In this document: positions 1 to 11,220 of the stretch, one piece after another | How the letters are laid out: every line of letters starts with the position of its first letter | Position numbering within the stretch: position 1 is the first letter of the stretch | Origin: Ostrea edulis | Taxonomy: Eukaryota | Direction of reading: 5' to 3' | Assembly (NCBI RefSeq): GCF_947568905.1 | Contig: NC_079164.1 | Span: 108,996,001 to 109,060,000 of the forward strand | DNA: 64,000 nucleotides | The notes under the pieces: generated by a model | The model's input: only the letters and a program-made list of their open reading frames with translations | The model's database searches: none | What the model was told of the DNA's origin: nothing | Made by a program: the position numbers and the translations under genes

Positions 1-378
1 TTGTCTATAAAGTAATGATTTCCGAACTGACAATGATTCACCAGGATTAGTGAGGTGAGTTTCACGTAGTAAGTTCTCAACATATTTGAATTTAGCCTAA
101 AACATCAGACAGTTCCGGGAACCAGCCGCAGACGCTACGTCGTTTTTAACATAACACGACAGCAATCGACTTTTTGAAAGTGCAAAATGACTGCAGAAAT
201 AAAAGAGACATACTCTAAATCGTGGTAGGTGCTCGATGGATATTTGGACTAGCATCTCTTTCGAATTTCAGACCACTATCACACAAATCTTGCCTGAACT
301 TCCGCCACTTGTGGAGATAAAAATGGGTTAAACTGAATTTTTCGCGCGCTTCAATTTTTTGCCTTAGATATCCTATTA

Positions 379-643
379 TGATTTGATTGAATGATTTTAT
401 ATTGTTTAAGGTCCCGATCGAAAAATTTTCACGCCTATGGAGACGTCACCATTGCCGGTGAAGGGCTGCAAAGACGGGCATATGATTGGCACTTACGGCC
501 TTTGAGCAAGGAGGGATCTTTATCGTGCCACACCTGTTATGACATGGGGCTTCAGTTTTTGAGGTCTCATCGAAGGACTATCCCATTTAGTCACCTCTTA
601 CGACAAGCAAGGGGTACTGAGGACCTAATCTAACTCGGATCCC
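379..643 (-). mobile_element. SINE-like element, bivalve family with Deu/Nin-like central domain
   Basis: Reverse complement reads GGGATCCGAGTTAG...CTTGCTTGTCG...GATGAGACC...CAGGTGTGGCACGATAAAGATCCC... with a (TCAA)n-like tail; homologous copies at 17418, 30689 and 44771. Domain name is recalled, not searched. Confidence 0.8.
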
Positions 644-650
644 TATCACT

Positions 651-1380
651 ATGAAAGGCAAAGATATCTCATAATTCCTATCAGCAATACAAAACGGAGA
701 GTTGGGTAAACACGGATCACTGGATATACCAGAGGTGGGATCAGGTGCCTAGAAGGATTAATCATCCCTATCGACCAGTCACGCCTGCCGTAAGCTCTAT
801 ATCTTGATGAGGTAAACGGAGTTATCCGTAGGCAAAATCGGTGTGCCAAGAACGGCCTAACAATCGGTATGAAACACGTCAGACAGCATTTGACCCAATG
901 ATCGGTCGTATAGGCAAACTAGATCGTATTAACGACCATAGAATTTGCGAAATGCTGACTTTCAACGAAACTGTTGAAACCCCTGTACCATCAACTTGTT
1001 TGTCATTAGCCTGCCTCAATTAAAAAAGAATGACCATACGCAGAACAAGCTCTTGCATATAGAATCAGTTGAGATATATAAACACCATATGCAGGTGATA
1101 ATGGAATATTGCTGCATAAATATGGGAAGTTAACGATGGAGAAGCTGAAATCATCCCGTTTGTCATACAGTTGAGTTGTCAGTTTGCCGTTAATGTCTAC
1201 TTTCAATAAAATATCTAAGTATGAAGCAGAAGTTGACGACTGAGGTGTCTTTTATTTCGAGTTCACAGGGATATATCGAATCGACATATGAATGAAAATT
1301 ATCATTGTTAATAGATGATACGTTGTCGATATACTTAAATGTCGAATTGAAGGTCACAGCAAGATATTTTTTCTTGCATT
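651..1380 (-). mobile_element. Penelope-like (probably Naiad) retroelement 3' fragment, decayed RT C-terminus plus 3' UTR
   Basis: ORFs 1190-1408 and 1006-1206 give FNSTFKYIDNV...LYDKRDDFSFSIVNFPYLCSNIPLSPAYGVYISQL, matching the copies at 20495 and 57921. Confidence 0.85.
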
Positions 1381-1410
1381 TTGTACCTCTACATACTGTA
1401 AATCTCACAG

Positions 1411-1965
1411 TAAATCAAGTTGGTATCAACCTATCTTGGAACCATCACATTGATAGTGTTTGTAAGAAAGCAAACAACACCACTGCCTTCTTATGGAGAA
1501 ATATGTCATCTTGTCCAACCAACATCATATGGACAAATGTTACAAGACGTTGGTCAGACCCCAGATGGAATATACATCCACTGTTTGGGACCCTGACACT
1601 AAGAAGAATATCAAGAAGCGGCGCGTGACAAACAACTACAACACCACCTGCTGTGTCACAGCGTTGGTTGACAGGCTAAAGTGGAGAGCTTACACCAACG
1701 AAGTGTCCGAGCAAAGATCATCATGATGTACCTGGTTGTTCATTCCCTAATTGGTATGACATTGACTCCCCAACTCATTCAAACAGGAGCAGCCACATGG
1801 GGACATTAACACGGATACAGGATCCCATTCTGCTGTACCACCATCTTCAAGGAATCACTCTTTCCTATTACCATCAGGATATGGAACCAGCTGCCACAAG
1901 ATACAGTCATGGCCACAACCCTGGAGTCCTTTAAGACCAGGATCCAGGGATTTGTAACACCATAG
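1411..1965 (+). mobile_element. Non-LTR retrotransposon (CR1/L2-group-like) 3' fragment, frameshifted
   Basis: LSWNHHIDSVCKKANNTTAFL and CYKTLVRPQMEYTSTVWDP are typical post-RT LINE motifs, split across frames. Confidence 0.8.
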
Positions 1966-3068
1966 TAAAGAAGCAGTGCATGATTTTATCAGCTTTTAAA
2001 CTTGTAAATAGCAGTATGACCCCCCCCCCCCTCGCGCTCATGGTTTTTGAAGAAGAGTTGGTTATTTTCGAAGCCGTTGCAATTGGTCACCATTTAGTTT
2101 TATACCTTCTCAACACTTAAGAGTTCCAACAGTCTATTTCATAATAGTTTGTATTATCAATTAGTACAGAAAACTGTGTCTGGAGGTATAGAACTTTCTG
2201 AATGACAAGTACTTTACATTGGCTGATCCAGGAATTGTGAAGGGGGGTCTAGTACTTGATCGTTTAGCTACTTTTCACAACCTCCACCCCCACCCCCATT
2301 CACATAAAGTCTCGATAACTTAAATTTTTTGGTCCACAAAAATGGGGTGTCCGGACCCCCTCTCTGGATTCGCCCTTGCTTTACACAAAGACGTTTAAGC
2401 AATAAAAAGGAAACTGTGTAAATTTTAACCAATCTATTTGAAGTCGTCTTTAGAAAGTTAAGGCAAGATTTCCCGAATCACTATGTGTGACACTGGTCCG
2501 AGATTCGGAAGAGGTGTCAGTCGTAACATCCGGCCTCGACGAATCTCGCTGAAACTAACCTTTCCGTGCATGGGTCGTTCACCGGGGCTCTACTTTTCCT
2601 ACTGTCCTGGGCTGATGTTTTCGATTACCCCCATATTTTTTTTCTATTTCACGGACAATACGAAACAAAGTGTAATGGATTTATAGGGAGAGAGACGCTG
2701 GGATGAAATAAACTTGCATCCGGTATCACGGGTAGGAAGTAACATAGCTATATTTAGGTAACGTGACATTGAACTCCATAATGATAATAAATACATGTAC
2801 ACTTTAATATTTTTAAAACATGAAATGGTTTCCGAATTCCATGTAATCAGGAACTCAGTTAAAAGATGTGAAGCTTGCCTTGCCTTTTGAATATTGTAAA
2901 TTTCTTTACCTAACGAAATCGCGAAGAATGACTATTTGGGATCTGTCTTTTTTCGCAAATTGATATAGATAACCTGCATCAGTCGCCTGTCATTGTTTGT
3001 TGTTGATTGATCAATGGTTACTGACCTAGAACTGTATTTTGAAAAAAGCATAAATACCTCTGTATAGG

Positions 3069-3572
3069 CAGGGGCGTAGCCAGGGTACTTTTGACGTGGA
3101 CGCCCGAGTAGGTAGGGGGTTTGGGGTCCAGGGCAAAACCCTGGTGAGGGCCCAGGGGACGAAGCCCCCGGAAGCTGGTAAATTCTCGACGATTTCGATG
3201 TGTATATTCGACCCTCCTGAACGCATTTTCGTACACTTTATAAAATTTGATACGCAGCCATATTCGAGGTCTGTTCTGTTTTTGTACCAAATGCGGACAA
3301 ACACTTGTAAAATCTCAACAATGAGAAAGGGTCTGTTCAATATCGTTGTATGACGAACTCACTACAAACAATTTTAGACCTTTGAAGAGACAAAACAAAC
3401 ACGTATGGTTATTGACCTAGACTATCCGGTTTAAAACAGTCAGATAGAGTGGTTAATTAATTGGTTTAGACAGACCAAGTAATTGACTGATCTCGATATG
3501 TCTCTCCCCCCCCCCCCCACCAAATGATGTGGACGTTTGTGCGTACAAACGTACGCCTGGCTACGCGCCTGA
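3069..3572. mobile_element. MITE-like non-autonomous DNA element
   Basis: Terminal inverted repeats CAGGGGCGTAGCCAGG ... CCTGGCTACGCGCCTG; no clear TSD. A related degenerate element lies at about 2219-2377. Confidence 0.55.
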
Positions 3573-4035
3573 TTGGGAACGAATACCCCTTTGTTACCTT
3601 CGCAACAGGCAGTAACATGAATTACATCTGACTTTCGAGTCTTAAAATCAAAGAATAGTGTCAAGAAATTTAGGAAAGATGACTGCATTCAACTATTACC
3701 AAAAATTCAATTAAAATTTAGATTAATCAGAATTAATGGGGTAAAAAAGAAGGAAGACAAAAACGAAGAAAAAAATCCCCTTGCTTTTTCAACAACAAAA
3801 ACTTTGTGAAAGAAAATCATAGAACTGGATTCAATGACGAGATAGAGGTCTTTGGGTATAGCTTCACATTCATTGCCATGGGAACGGAAGTTTAAATGTA
3901 GGATTTCACAGAAATTCTACATATCCAAAGTGAATTATTGCAGCAGCAATTAGAAATTAGATAAGTGTATCAGACATTGCTGATGTATAGAAACTATTGG
4001 GACTATCGAGGGTCATAAGTGTAACTATGGTCACA

Positions 4036-4363
4036 TTCGAGCGTTCGCGTCGTAATCGGGAGGTCGTAAGTTCGAGCCCCACCCGTGCCACAGCCGCGTC
4101 AAACCTAAGACGTCAAGACAGATAGTGGTTGCTCCTTCGCCAAACGCTCGGCATTTAAAAGTTAGAATCATGGGTCTTTCGGATATGACCTTAAAAACGA
4201 AGGTCCTAGCTGTATCGTGGCAGACGTTGGCACGATAAAGAACCCCTACTGCTAGCTATAAGACCTTGAGCGCTAAGCATAGGTCTCAATTTGTGGTACT
4301 TCACCTACAGCTGTTGACGTCTCAATATGAGTGAAAAATACTCGACAGGACGTAAAACAATCA
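4036..4363 (+). mobile_element. tRNA-derived SINE (Meta/Deu-like central domain), slightly 5'-truncated
   Basis: B-box GTTCGAGCCC, central GCTCCTTCGCCAAACGCTCGGCATTT...GGCACGATAAAGAACCC, 9-bp TSD ATGGTCACA (4027-4035 and 4364-4372). Confidence 0.85.
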
Positions 4364-4939
4364 ATGGTCACAGTATTTACTGAGGAAGAAAACAGATTAA
4401 TTGGAATGATTTCATAAACTTTTCACATTAAGAGGGACGTGCGAAATTGTGATTAAGATTGGCATAATCTCAATACGACCAGGTCATGTGACCTAAAATA
4501 AGTTGAAATAATCTTTGTTAACAATAGCGACATCAAGCAGAATGGTATACTAGTATGCTCGTACATGTATAATTAGAGAAAATTGGTAACAATGACCGGT
4601 CATTGTTTTTTGCTATGAAAATAGTATATGAAAATCATGGAAATACCATTATTGAAACCATTGTCCTAATATTTCTATAGCAATGAAAACCTAGCGCAAC
4701 TACGATGTATCCATACCAAAGTCCTACCGGTATTCCTTCTTGTAATCAAAGTCTAATAAATAAACACATTTCCGTTTCATGAATTTGTATTTATACTAGA
4801 TATCTCAAACTCAACATAGTTTTAGTCATGTGACAATGTTCATCAAGCTATATCTACTGTAGCGGACAGTGTAAGAGGGAACTTATACTGCCTCGCTAGA
4901 GAGCTAGCTTTTCTAATGATGTGGTCGAGTCTCTCTCTT

Positions 4940-4993
4940 GATCACGCAAGTTAAGCAACCTCGAGCGTGATCAACACTTGGCTGTGTGACCGC
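4940..4993 (+). promoter_or_regulatory. 5S rRNA-derived internal Pol III promoter (A box, intermediate element, C box) in 5' LTR
   Basis: GATCACGCAAGTTAAGCAACCTCGAGCGTGATCAACACTTGGCTGTGTGACCGC aligns without gaps to the central part of metazoan 5S rRNA (GATC..GAAG.TAAGCA...TCGGGC..G.TTAGTACTTGGATGGG.GACCGC). Confidence 0.8.
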
Positions 4994-5273
4994 TACATGT
5001 TACAAATTGGTGGCAGCGTAGTAACTCCGGCGTTTGGCGGGAGGCCTGCTTCAGGTAGTCTCTTCGGAGTTCTGGGTACAAATGTGGATTCGTCTGGGGG
5101 TCGTCGAGAACGGCGTTGCTGAGCAGGTGTCAAACACTTAGAGAGAACTCACGCTAAGCTTCCGGACGAAGCTTCCCCTAGTGGGGGGAAGCGTAACTGA
5201 CGGTATAAGAGGGAACTTATACTGCCTCGCTAGAGAGCTAGCTTTTCTAGTGATGTGGTAGAGTCTCTCTCTT

Positions 5274-5327
5274 GATCACGCAAGTTAAGTAACGGCGAGT
5301 GTGATCAGCACTTGGCTGGGTGACCGG
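5274..5327 (+). promoter_or_regulatory. 5S rRNA-derived internal Pol III promoter in 3' LTR
   Basis: Second copy; its C-box region GTGATCAGCACTTGGCTGGGTGACCG is closer to 5S rRNA than the 5' LTR copy. Confidence 0.8.
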
Positions 5328-6307
5328 TACACGTTACACTACGCAGTGACGGGTGAAATTTGAGGTTCTTTCCTAAATGTTTTGTATTGATTGTGTAGCT
5401 ATCTTCAGGACACCAACAGTCGGTGGTTGATGACCTTCAGCGATCACGCAAGAAGTCACATATGAGTGCCAAGCAACATATTGGATATTTTACGGATAAA
5501 AGCCACGTTGGTATGGTAGACCATGCATCATAACATGCAACATTGGTCACCATTGCAGTCGGCAATGAAATAAAATAGACGCAAAATTTTAATGTGAAAT
5601 ATTCAAAGCAATGCCTTTTGTCCCAGTTTTGATATTTCGTGAAATGTTTGTCGTATCTAACATTTCAGTTAAACATGCAGTCGATAGTTCTAGACACCAC
5701 ACATGGCATCGTGGATACTTTTGATAAAGCTCTATGGCGTAGCGAATCACCAGCGAGTTTTATATGCTCTAATATTTTAGTGATCTGCTGGCATGGCATA
5801 CGTAGTGCATATATGTAGCAATTGAAGACTGACAAGATGATTTCCCGGTAATGAATTGTACCGTGGTATGAAATTGGAAGAAAGAACATGCGCATATCCA
5901 CGTGCATCAAAACAATTTGCATATAGAAGTCCACGTCTTAATTCAGAGTGTTTTATCAATGAAAACGTCTCACATGCTCCAACAAGTTTATCTTTTTTTG
6001 TTTTATGTAGCTTATTCCAGATAGAGATAAAACTATCGAGAAATTACGCCGTTTTATTACACAAAAGATAGAAAATGTTCGTCAAATCAGTAGACAAATA
6101 CACAGTTCTATATTCACCTATGAAATGGCAATTTTACGATTTTTTGTAAAAACATGTTTTCAAGTGGTTCTAAATTCACGGTTTTTATGTCCAGTCTTTA
6201 TAGATATATGTATCAAATGTTGCTTGTTTTTACTGATTTACTCCATAGCTAAATGAGCGAAAATTAGATGAATTAAAAATAAAGCTGAATACAGTATAAT
6301 AAACAAA

Positions 6308-6612
6308 AGGAAAGGTGAAGATTATGAATAGTGATCAATCTCATAACTCCTATAAGCAATACAAAATAGAGAGTTGAGCAAACACGGACCCCTGGACACA
6401 CCAGAGGTGGGATCAGGTGCCTAGGAGGGGTAAGCATCCCCTGTCGACCGGTCACACCCCCGTGATATTGATCAGGTAAATGGAGTAATTCGTAGTCAAA
6501 CTCAGTGTGCCAAGAACGGCCTACCACGTCAGACAGCATTTAATCCAATGGTCAAACTAGATCATTATAAGAACCATAAAATTTGCGAAATGCTGACTTT
6601 AAACGAGACTAT
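6308..6612 (-). mobile_element. Penelope-like (Naiad) 3' end fragment
   Basis: Family terminus AAAGGTGAAGA...GTGATCAATCTCATAACTCC and 3' UTR core CCAGAGGTGGGATCAGGTGCCTAGG. Confidence 0.85.
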
Positions 6613-7015
6613 TAAACACTATCATTGTTTTCATGATATACGTTCATAACTCATTATGAAATGGGAAACGTGAAAAAAGATTAATGAAATGTCTTTAGCC
6701 TTTTTAAAATTAGACAACTGAAGCAAGGATTTTACAAACCTTAGATTCATAGACTCGTATTAAATAAGGTGTTGATAACATTGATATAATCACTTCTCTT
6801 AAGAATAAAAAAAAAAACCAAATCGAAAGAGCTTTCAATTTAGAATCATCTCTTATCAAATTTAGTGTCCAGTAAAAAAGTCATTAACCCCTAATTAATT
6901 TTCAATACGTGATTGACTTAAAATGCAGTATGTAAATTATATACATATTATTTTAATTTAAAAATAACAAAATTCAATTTTCATTGTCTTCTTTGATTTA
7001 TAAATGCATTTTTCA

Positions 7016-10000
7016 TTACCAATCTACAAAGAGAAAAATGAAGAGAAAATTACATTATTATAGATTCTAACAAATTAAAGTACGTTTAAGTTCATAAAAG
7101 AAAAGCAAGGATACTTACATTTGATTTTAGAACCTGAAATGTAAATGTAGTTTATGAGAGTACTTTTAAAAAAAATTATATTAAAAAAATTACAGATGAA
7201 ATCTTTTCAAATAGTATTTTCACTAAAAAGTTTCCAAAATTTACCTGCATTATTTCTATTGCGCATCATTCCTCCCATTCCCATCATCCCTGTACCCATA
7301 CCAGATGGCATCATCATTTCAGCGGCTGGCATCATCATTTTTGCAGATGGCATCATCATTTTTGCAGGTGGCATCATCATCATTTCTTGGGCTGGCATCA
7401 TCATTTTTGCAGGTGGCATCATCATTCCTGGGGCTGACATCATCATATTTGCTTGTGGCATCATCATCATTCCTGGGGCTGGCATCATCATATTTGCAGT
7501 TGGCATCATCATTTTGGGTGTAGGTGCCATCATTGAACCTTTATTGCCTGCGTTCATTCCTCCCATCCCACTCATCATAGAAGCAGCTGCCATCATCATA
7601 CCCATATCCATAGGTGACATCGCCATTCCTCCCATACCACCCATTCCTCCCATACCACCCATTCCTCCCATACCACCCATGCTTGGTTTCATCATTTTTC
7701 CTCCTCCCATACCAGGACCCATGATCATCATATCAGCAGCGCCAGCGCCACTTCCTCCAGATGACATAACTGCACCATTTGAACCTCCTCCTACCATAAC
7801 CATCATTTTAGGCCCAGCACTACCAGCTCCAGCAGCTGCTACACCTTCTATTTCACCACCTTCAATTTCTCCAGGCTGTGGAGCCTCTGTTGGCTGAGGT
7901 GGAGATGGCATCGCTGCTTCACCTCCCTTTGCACCACCCATGGCAGCACCCATACCGCCATTCATACCGGCGCCCATACCGCTATTCATACCAGCACCCA
8001 TTTTACCTCCAGACTGCATAGGCACAGGCATCATGCCCTCAGCAGGTGGCATCATACCCGCTGGCATCATACCTGCTGGCATCATTCCCTCAGCTTCTGG
8101 CATTTTTCCTCCAGCTGGCATCATTCCTCCAGCTGGCATCATTCCTCCAGCTGGCATCATTCCTCTTCCTCCCGCTGGCATCATTCCTCCAGCTGGCATC
8201 ATTCCTCCAGCTGACATCTTTCCTCCAGCTCGCATCATTCCTCCACCTGGCATCATTCCTCCAGCTGGCATCATTCCTCCACCTGGCATCATTCCTCCAG
8301 CTGGCATCATTCCTCCACCTGGCATCATTCCTCCACCAGGCATATTTCCTCCTGCTGGCATCATTCCTCCACCTGACATACCTGCTGGCATTCCGTTAGA
8401 CGGCATTCCAGGTTCAGGTGCTGGCATCGGGGCTCCTGTCATCATACCAAGTGAAGAAGGAGCTGGTATCATAGAACCGGGCATCATTCCAGGGGCAGGC
8501 GCAGACATCATAGAACCAGGCATTCCAGGTGCCGGTTCAGGTGCTGGCATCATACCATTAGGCATCATTCCAGGTGAGGAAGGCATCATTCCAGGTGAGG
8601 GAAGCATCATTGAACCAGGCATCCTTCCAGGGACAGGTTCAGGCATTGGGGCTCCTGGCATCATACCAGGTGATGAAGGTGCTGGCATCATTGCATTAGA
8701 CATCATTCTAGGGGCTGGAGCAGATGCTGGCATCATAGCATTAGGCATCATACCAGGTGATGAAGGCGCTGGCATCATAGAACCGGGCATCATTCCAGGG
8801 GCAGGCGCAGACATCATAGAACCAGGCATTCCAGGTGCCGGTTCAGGTGCTGGCATCATACCATTAGGCATCATTCCAGATGAGGAAGGCATCATTCCAG
8901 GTGAGGGAAGCATCATAGAACCAGGCATCCTTCCAGGGGCAGGTTCAGGCATTGGAGCTCCTGGCATCATATCAGGCGATGAAGGTGCTGGCATCATGAC
9001 ATTAGACATCATACCATTAGGCATCATACCAGGTGATGAAGGTGCTGGCATCATACCATTAGGCATCATTCCAGGGGCAGGTTCAGGCATTGGAGCTCCT
9101 GGCATCATACCAGGCGATGAAGGTGCTGGCATCATACCATTAGGCATCATACCAGGAGAAGAAGGCGCTGGCATCATACCATTAGGCATCCTTCCAGGAG
9201 CAGGTTCAGGTGCCGGTGCCATGGGTCCTGGCATACCTTGTATCATCGTATTAGGCATCATTTCCGGGGCTGGGGCAGGCGCCATACCCATCATTCCCAT
9301 TATGTTTCCGCCTGGCATACCATTTCCTGGCATACCCATCATTCCCATCATGTTTCCGCCTGGCATACCATTGCCTGGCATACCATTTCCTGGCATACCC
9401 ATCATGTTTCCGCCTGGCATACCCTTGCCTGGCATACCATTTCCTGGCATACCCATCATGTTTCCGCCTGGCATACCCTTGCCTGGCATACCATTTCCTG
9501 GCATACCCATCATGTTTCCGCCTGGCATACCCTTGCCTGGCATACCATTTCCTGGCATACCCATCATGTTTCCGCCTGGCATACTCTTGCCTGGCATACC
9601 ATTTCCTGGCATACCCATCATGTTTCCGCCTGGCATACCATTGCCTGGCATACCATTTCCCGGCATTCCCATCATGTTTCCGCCTGGCATACCATTGCCT
9701 GGCATACCATTAGGTCTATTGCCTCTCCCTCGCCCTTAAAGAGAAATATAAGTAACGTTTATTTACACAAATTGGACATATTATGCCATTCTATAGCTCA
9801 TATATTGGCGTAATTGTCATTAGTGTGGAGGGAGGGAACCAGATTACCCGTAGTATGCGATCTTTCTTAGTCCATTGGTTGAAACTGGGTCACAATGCTC
9901 AGTTTTATCTGTTTGATCATATATGTTTGCATGAATCTTTAATGACTAAATGATGGATTAATTCGTGTTTTATTAAAGCAGTGCAACTTATCAACACATC

Positions 10001-10134
10001 ATACACGTTATGAAAAAATAGAAAAATACTAAATAGTGTCGTCTATGATACTTTAAGGAAGACTAACCATATGCTCTGGCCTGGGCTCCAGTTATTGCTA
10101 GGAGAAGTATGAAAGACACGGTATGTGACCTCAT
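7016..10134 (-). CDS. Gene A: secreted Met/Gly/Pro-rich repetitive structural protein, 859 aa (abductin/ligament- or shell-matrix-like)
   Basis: Exons 10134-10068 (MRSHTVSFILLLAITGAQARAY, signal peptide), 9734-7245 (repeat core, contains ORF 7207-9705), 7133-7119 (15-nt microexon GSKIK), 7023-7016 (YW*). All GT-AG, all phase 1, total 2580 nt. Confidence 0.88.
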
Positions 10135-10616
10135 CTAAAATTAAAACATATACATAAGAAGACAGAAGGCATTGTTCTAAACTGCTTAATGGCAGTACAC
10201 CAATACACACAAACCACTGTTGATTTCTGATGTTTGGTTAAATGCTTCATTAAACAAATATCAAAGGATGATGAAATAATTTGGGTGGTATTCCGATATA
10301 ATTATACCCTTTTGTGTTTGTTCCTTGTCTGGTTACGGTGGACAAAGTATGATCAAACTTGAATCCATACTAAATGAGGTTGCTTGCATTGTAACACGAT
10401 ATATTATATTCTTCTTGTTTTTATGAGATTTTTGAGGATTTTATCTGTAATTCTTTTTTAAAATTTTACACCCTGTGATATCTATGGAAATCATGGTGTG
10501 CACAAACCTGAATCTATACTGTATATTGAAGGTTGTACATTAAATTGAAAAAGTGTACCCTTGTGATTCTTGGGAGAGAGAAAGCTATATAAAAGAATTT
10601 GCCTGTATAAGCCTAT

Positions 10617-10938
10617 GTGAAAGGTGAAGATAACGAACAGTGATCAATCTCATAAATCCCACAAGCAATACAAAATAGATAGTTGGGCATACACGGACCC
10701 CTGGTTACACCAGAGGTGGGATCAGGTGTCTAAGAGGAGTAAAATCTCCTGTCGACCGGTCACACCCGCCGTGAGCGCTATATCTAGATCAGGTCAACGG
10801 AGTTATCCGTAGTCAAAATCAGTGTGCCAAGAACGGCCTAACAATCGGTATGAAACACTTCAGACAGCATTTGACCCAATGATGGTTGTATTGGCAAACT
10901 AGATCGTTATAACGACTATAGAATTTGCGAAATTAAGA
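10617..10938 (-). mobile_element. Penelope-like (Naiad) 3' end fragment
   Basis: Same family terminus and 3' UTR as 20495-21226. Confidence 0.85.
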
Positions 10939-11020
10939 CTTGTCCTTTCAGGGATGGAAATGTATGAATGAAATTTCATGCTAGTTAGATTTTATCCAAT
11001 TAAGTTCATCTGAATAGAAC

Positions 11021-11220
11021 ATTGATTGATTGATTGTTTTAATGTTTGCCTCGCCACACTAAACAATTTTTCAGTTATCTGGTGGCGCCCTTTTTTATTG
11101 GTGGAAGAGAGAACCCAGATACAATGTACCTGGGAAGAGACCACCGACCTTCCGAAAGTAAACTGAGAAACTTTCTCACTTACCGGCGCGAGTGGGATTC
11201 GAACCCGTGCCGACCAGAGG
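11021..11220 (-). mobile_element. 5'-truncated tRNA-derived SINE (V-domain-like)
   Basis: Matches 19128-19372; (TCAA)n tail; 12-bp TSD TCTGAATAGAAC (11009-11020 and 11221-11232). Confidence 0.85.

Larger units (their letters stand above)
4858..5338 (+). mobile_element. Complete TRIM (miniature LTR retrotransposon) with 5S rRNA-derived LTRs
   Basis: 147-bp LTRs 4858-5004 (TG..CA) and 5192-5338 (CG..CA), 15 mismatches and no gaps by hand; PBS TGGTGGCAGCG at 5008-5018; PPT GGGGGGAAG at 5183-5191; 4-bp TSD CTAC (4854-4857 and 5339-5342). Confidence 0.9.

Noticed and set aside
7207-7244. C-terminus GKFWKLFSENTI of the 832-aa ORF
   Set aside because: Reads into an intron; the GCAG|gtaa donor, microexon and strong downstream acceptor fit the paralog structure better
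7154-9813. Long plus-strand ORFs (247, 599, 117 and 191 aa) overlapping gene A
   Set aside because: Antisense shadows of Met/Gly/Pro codon repeats (CAT, CCA, GGC), which lack stop codons; no signal peptide or splice logic
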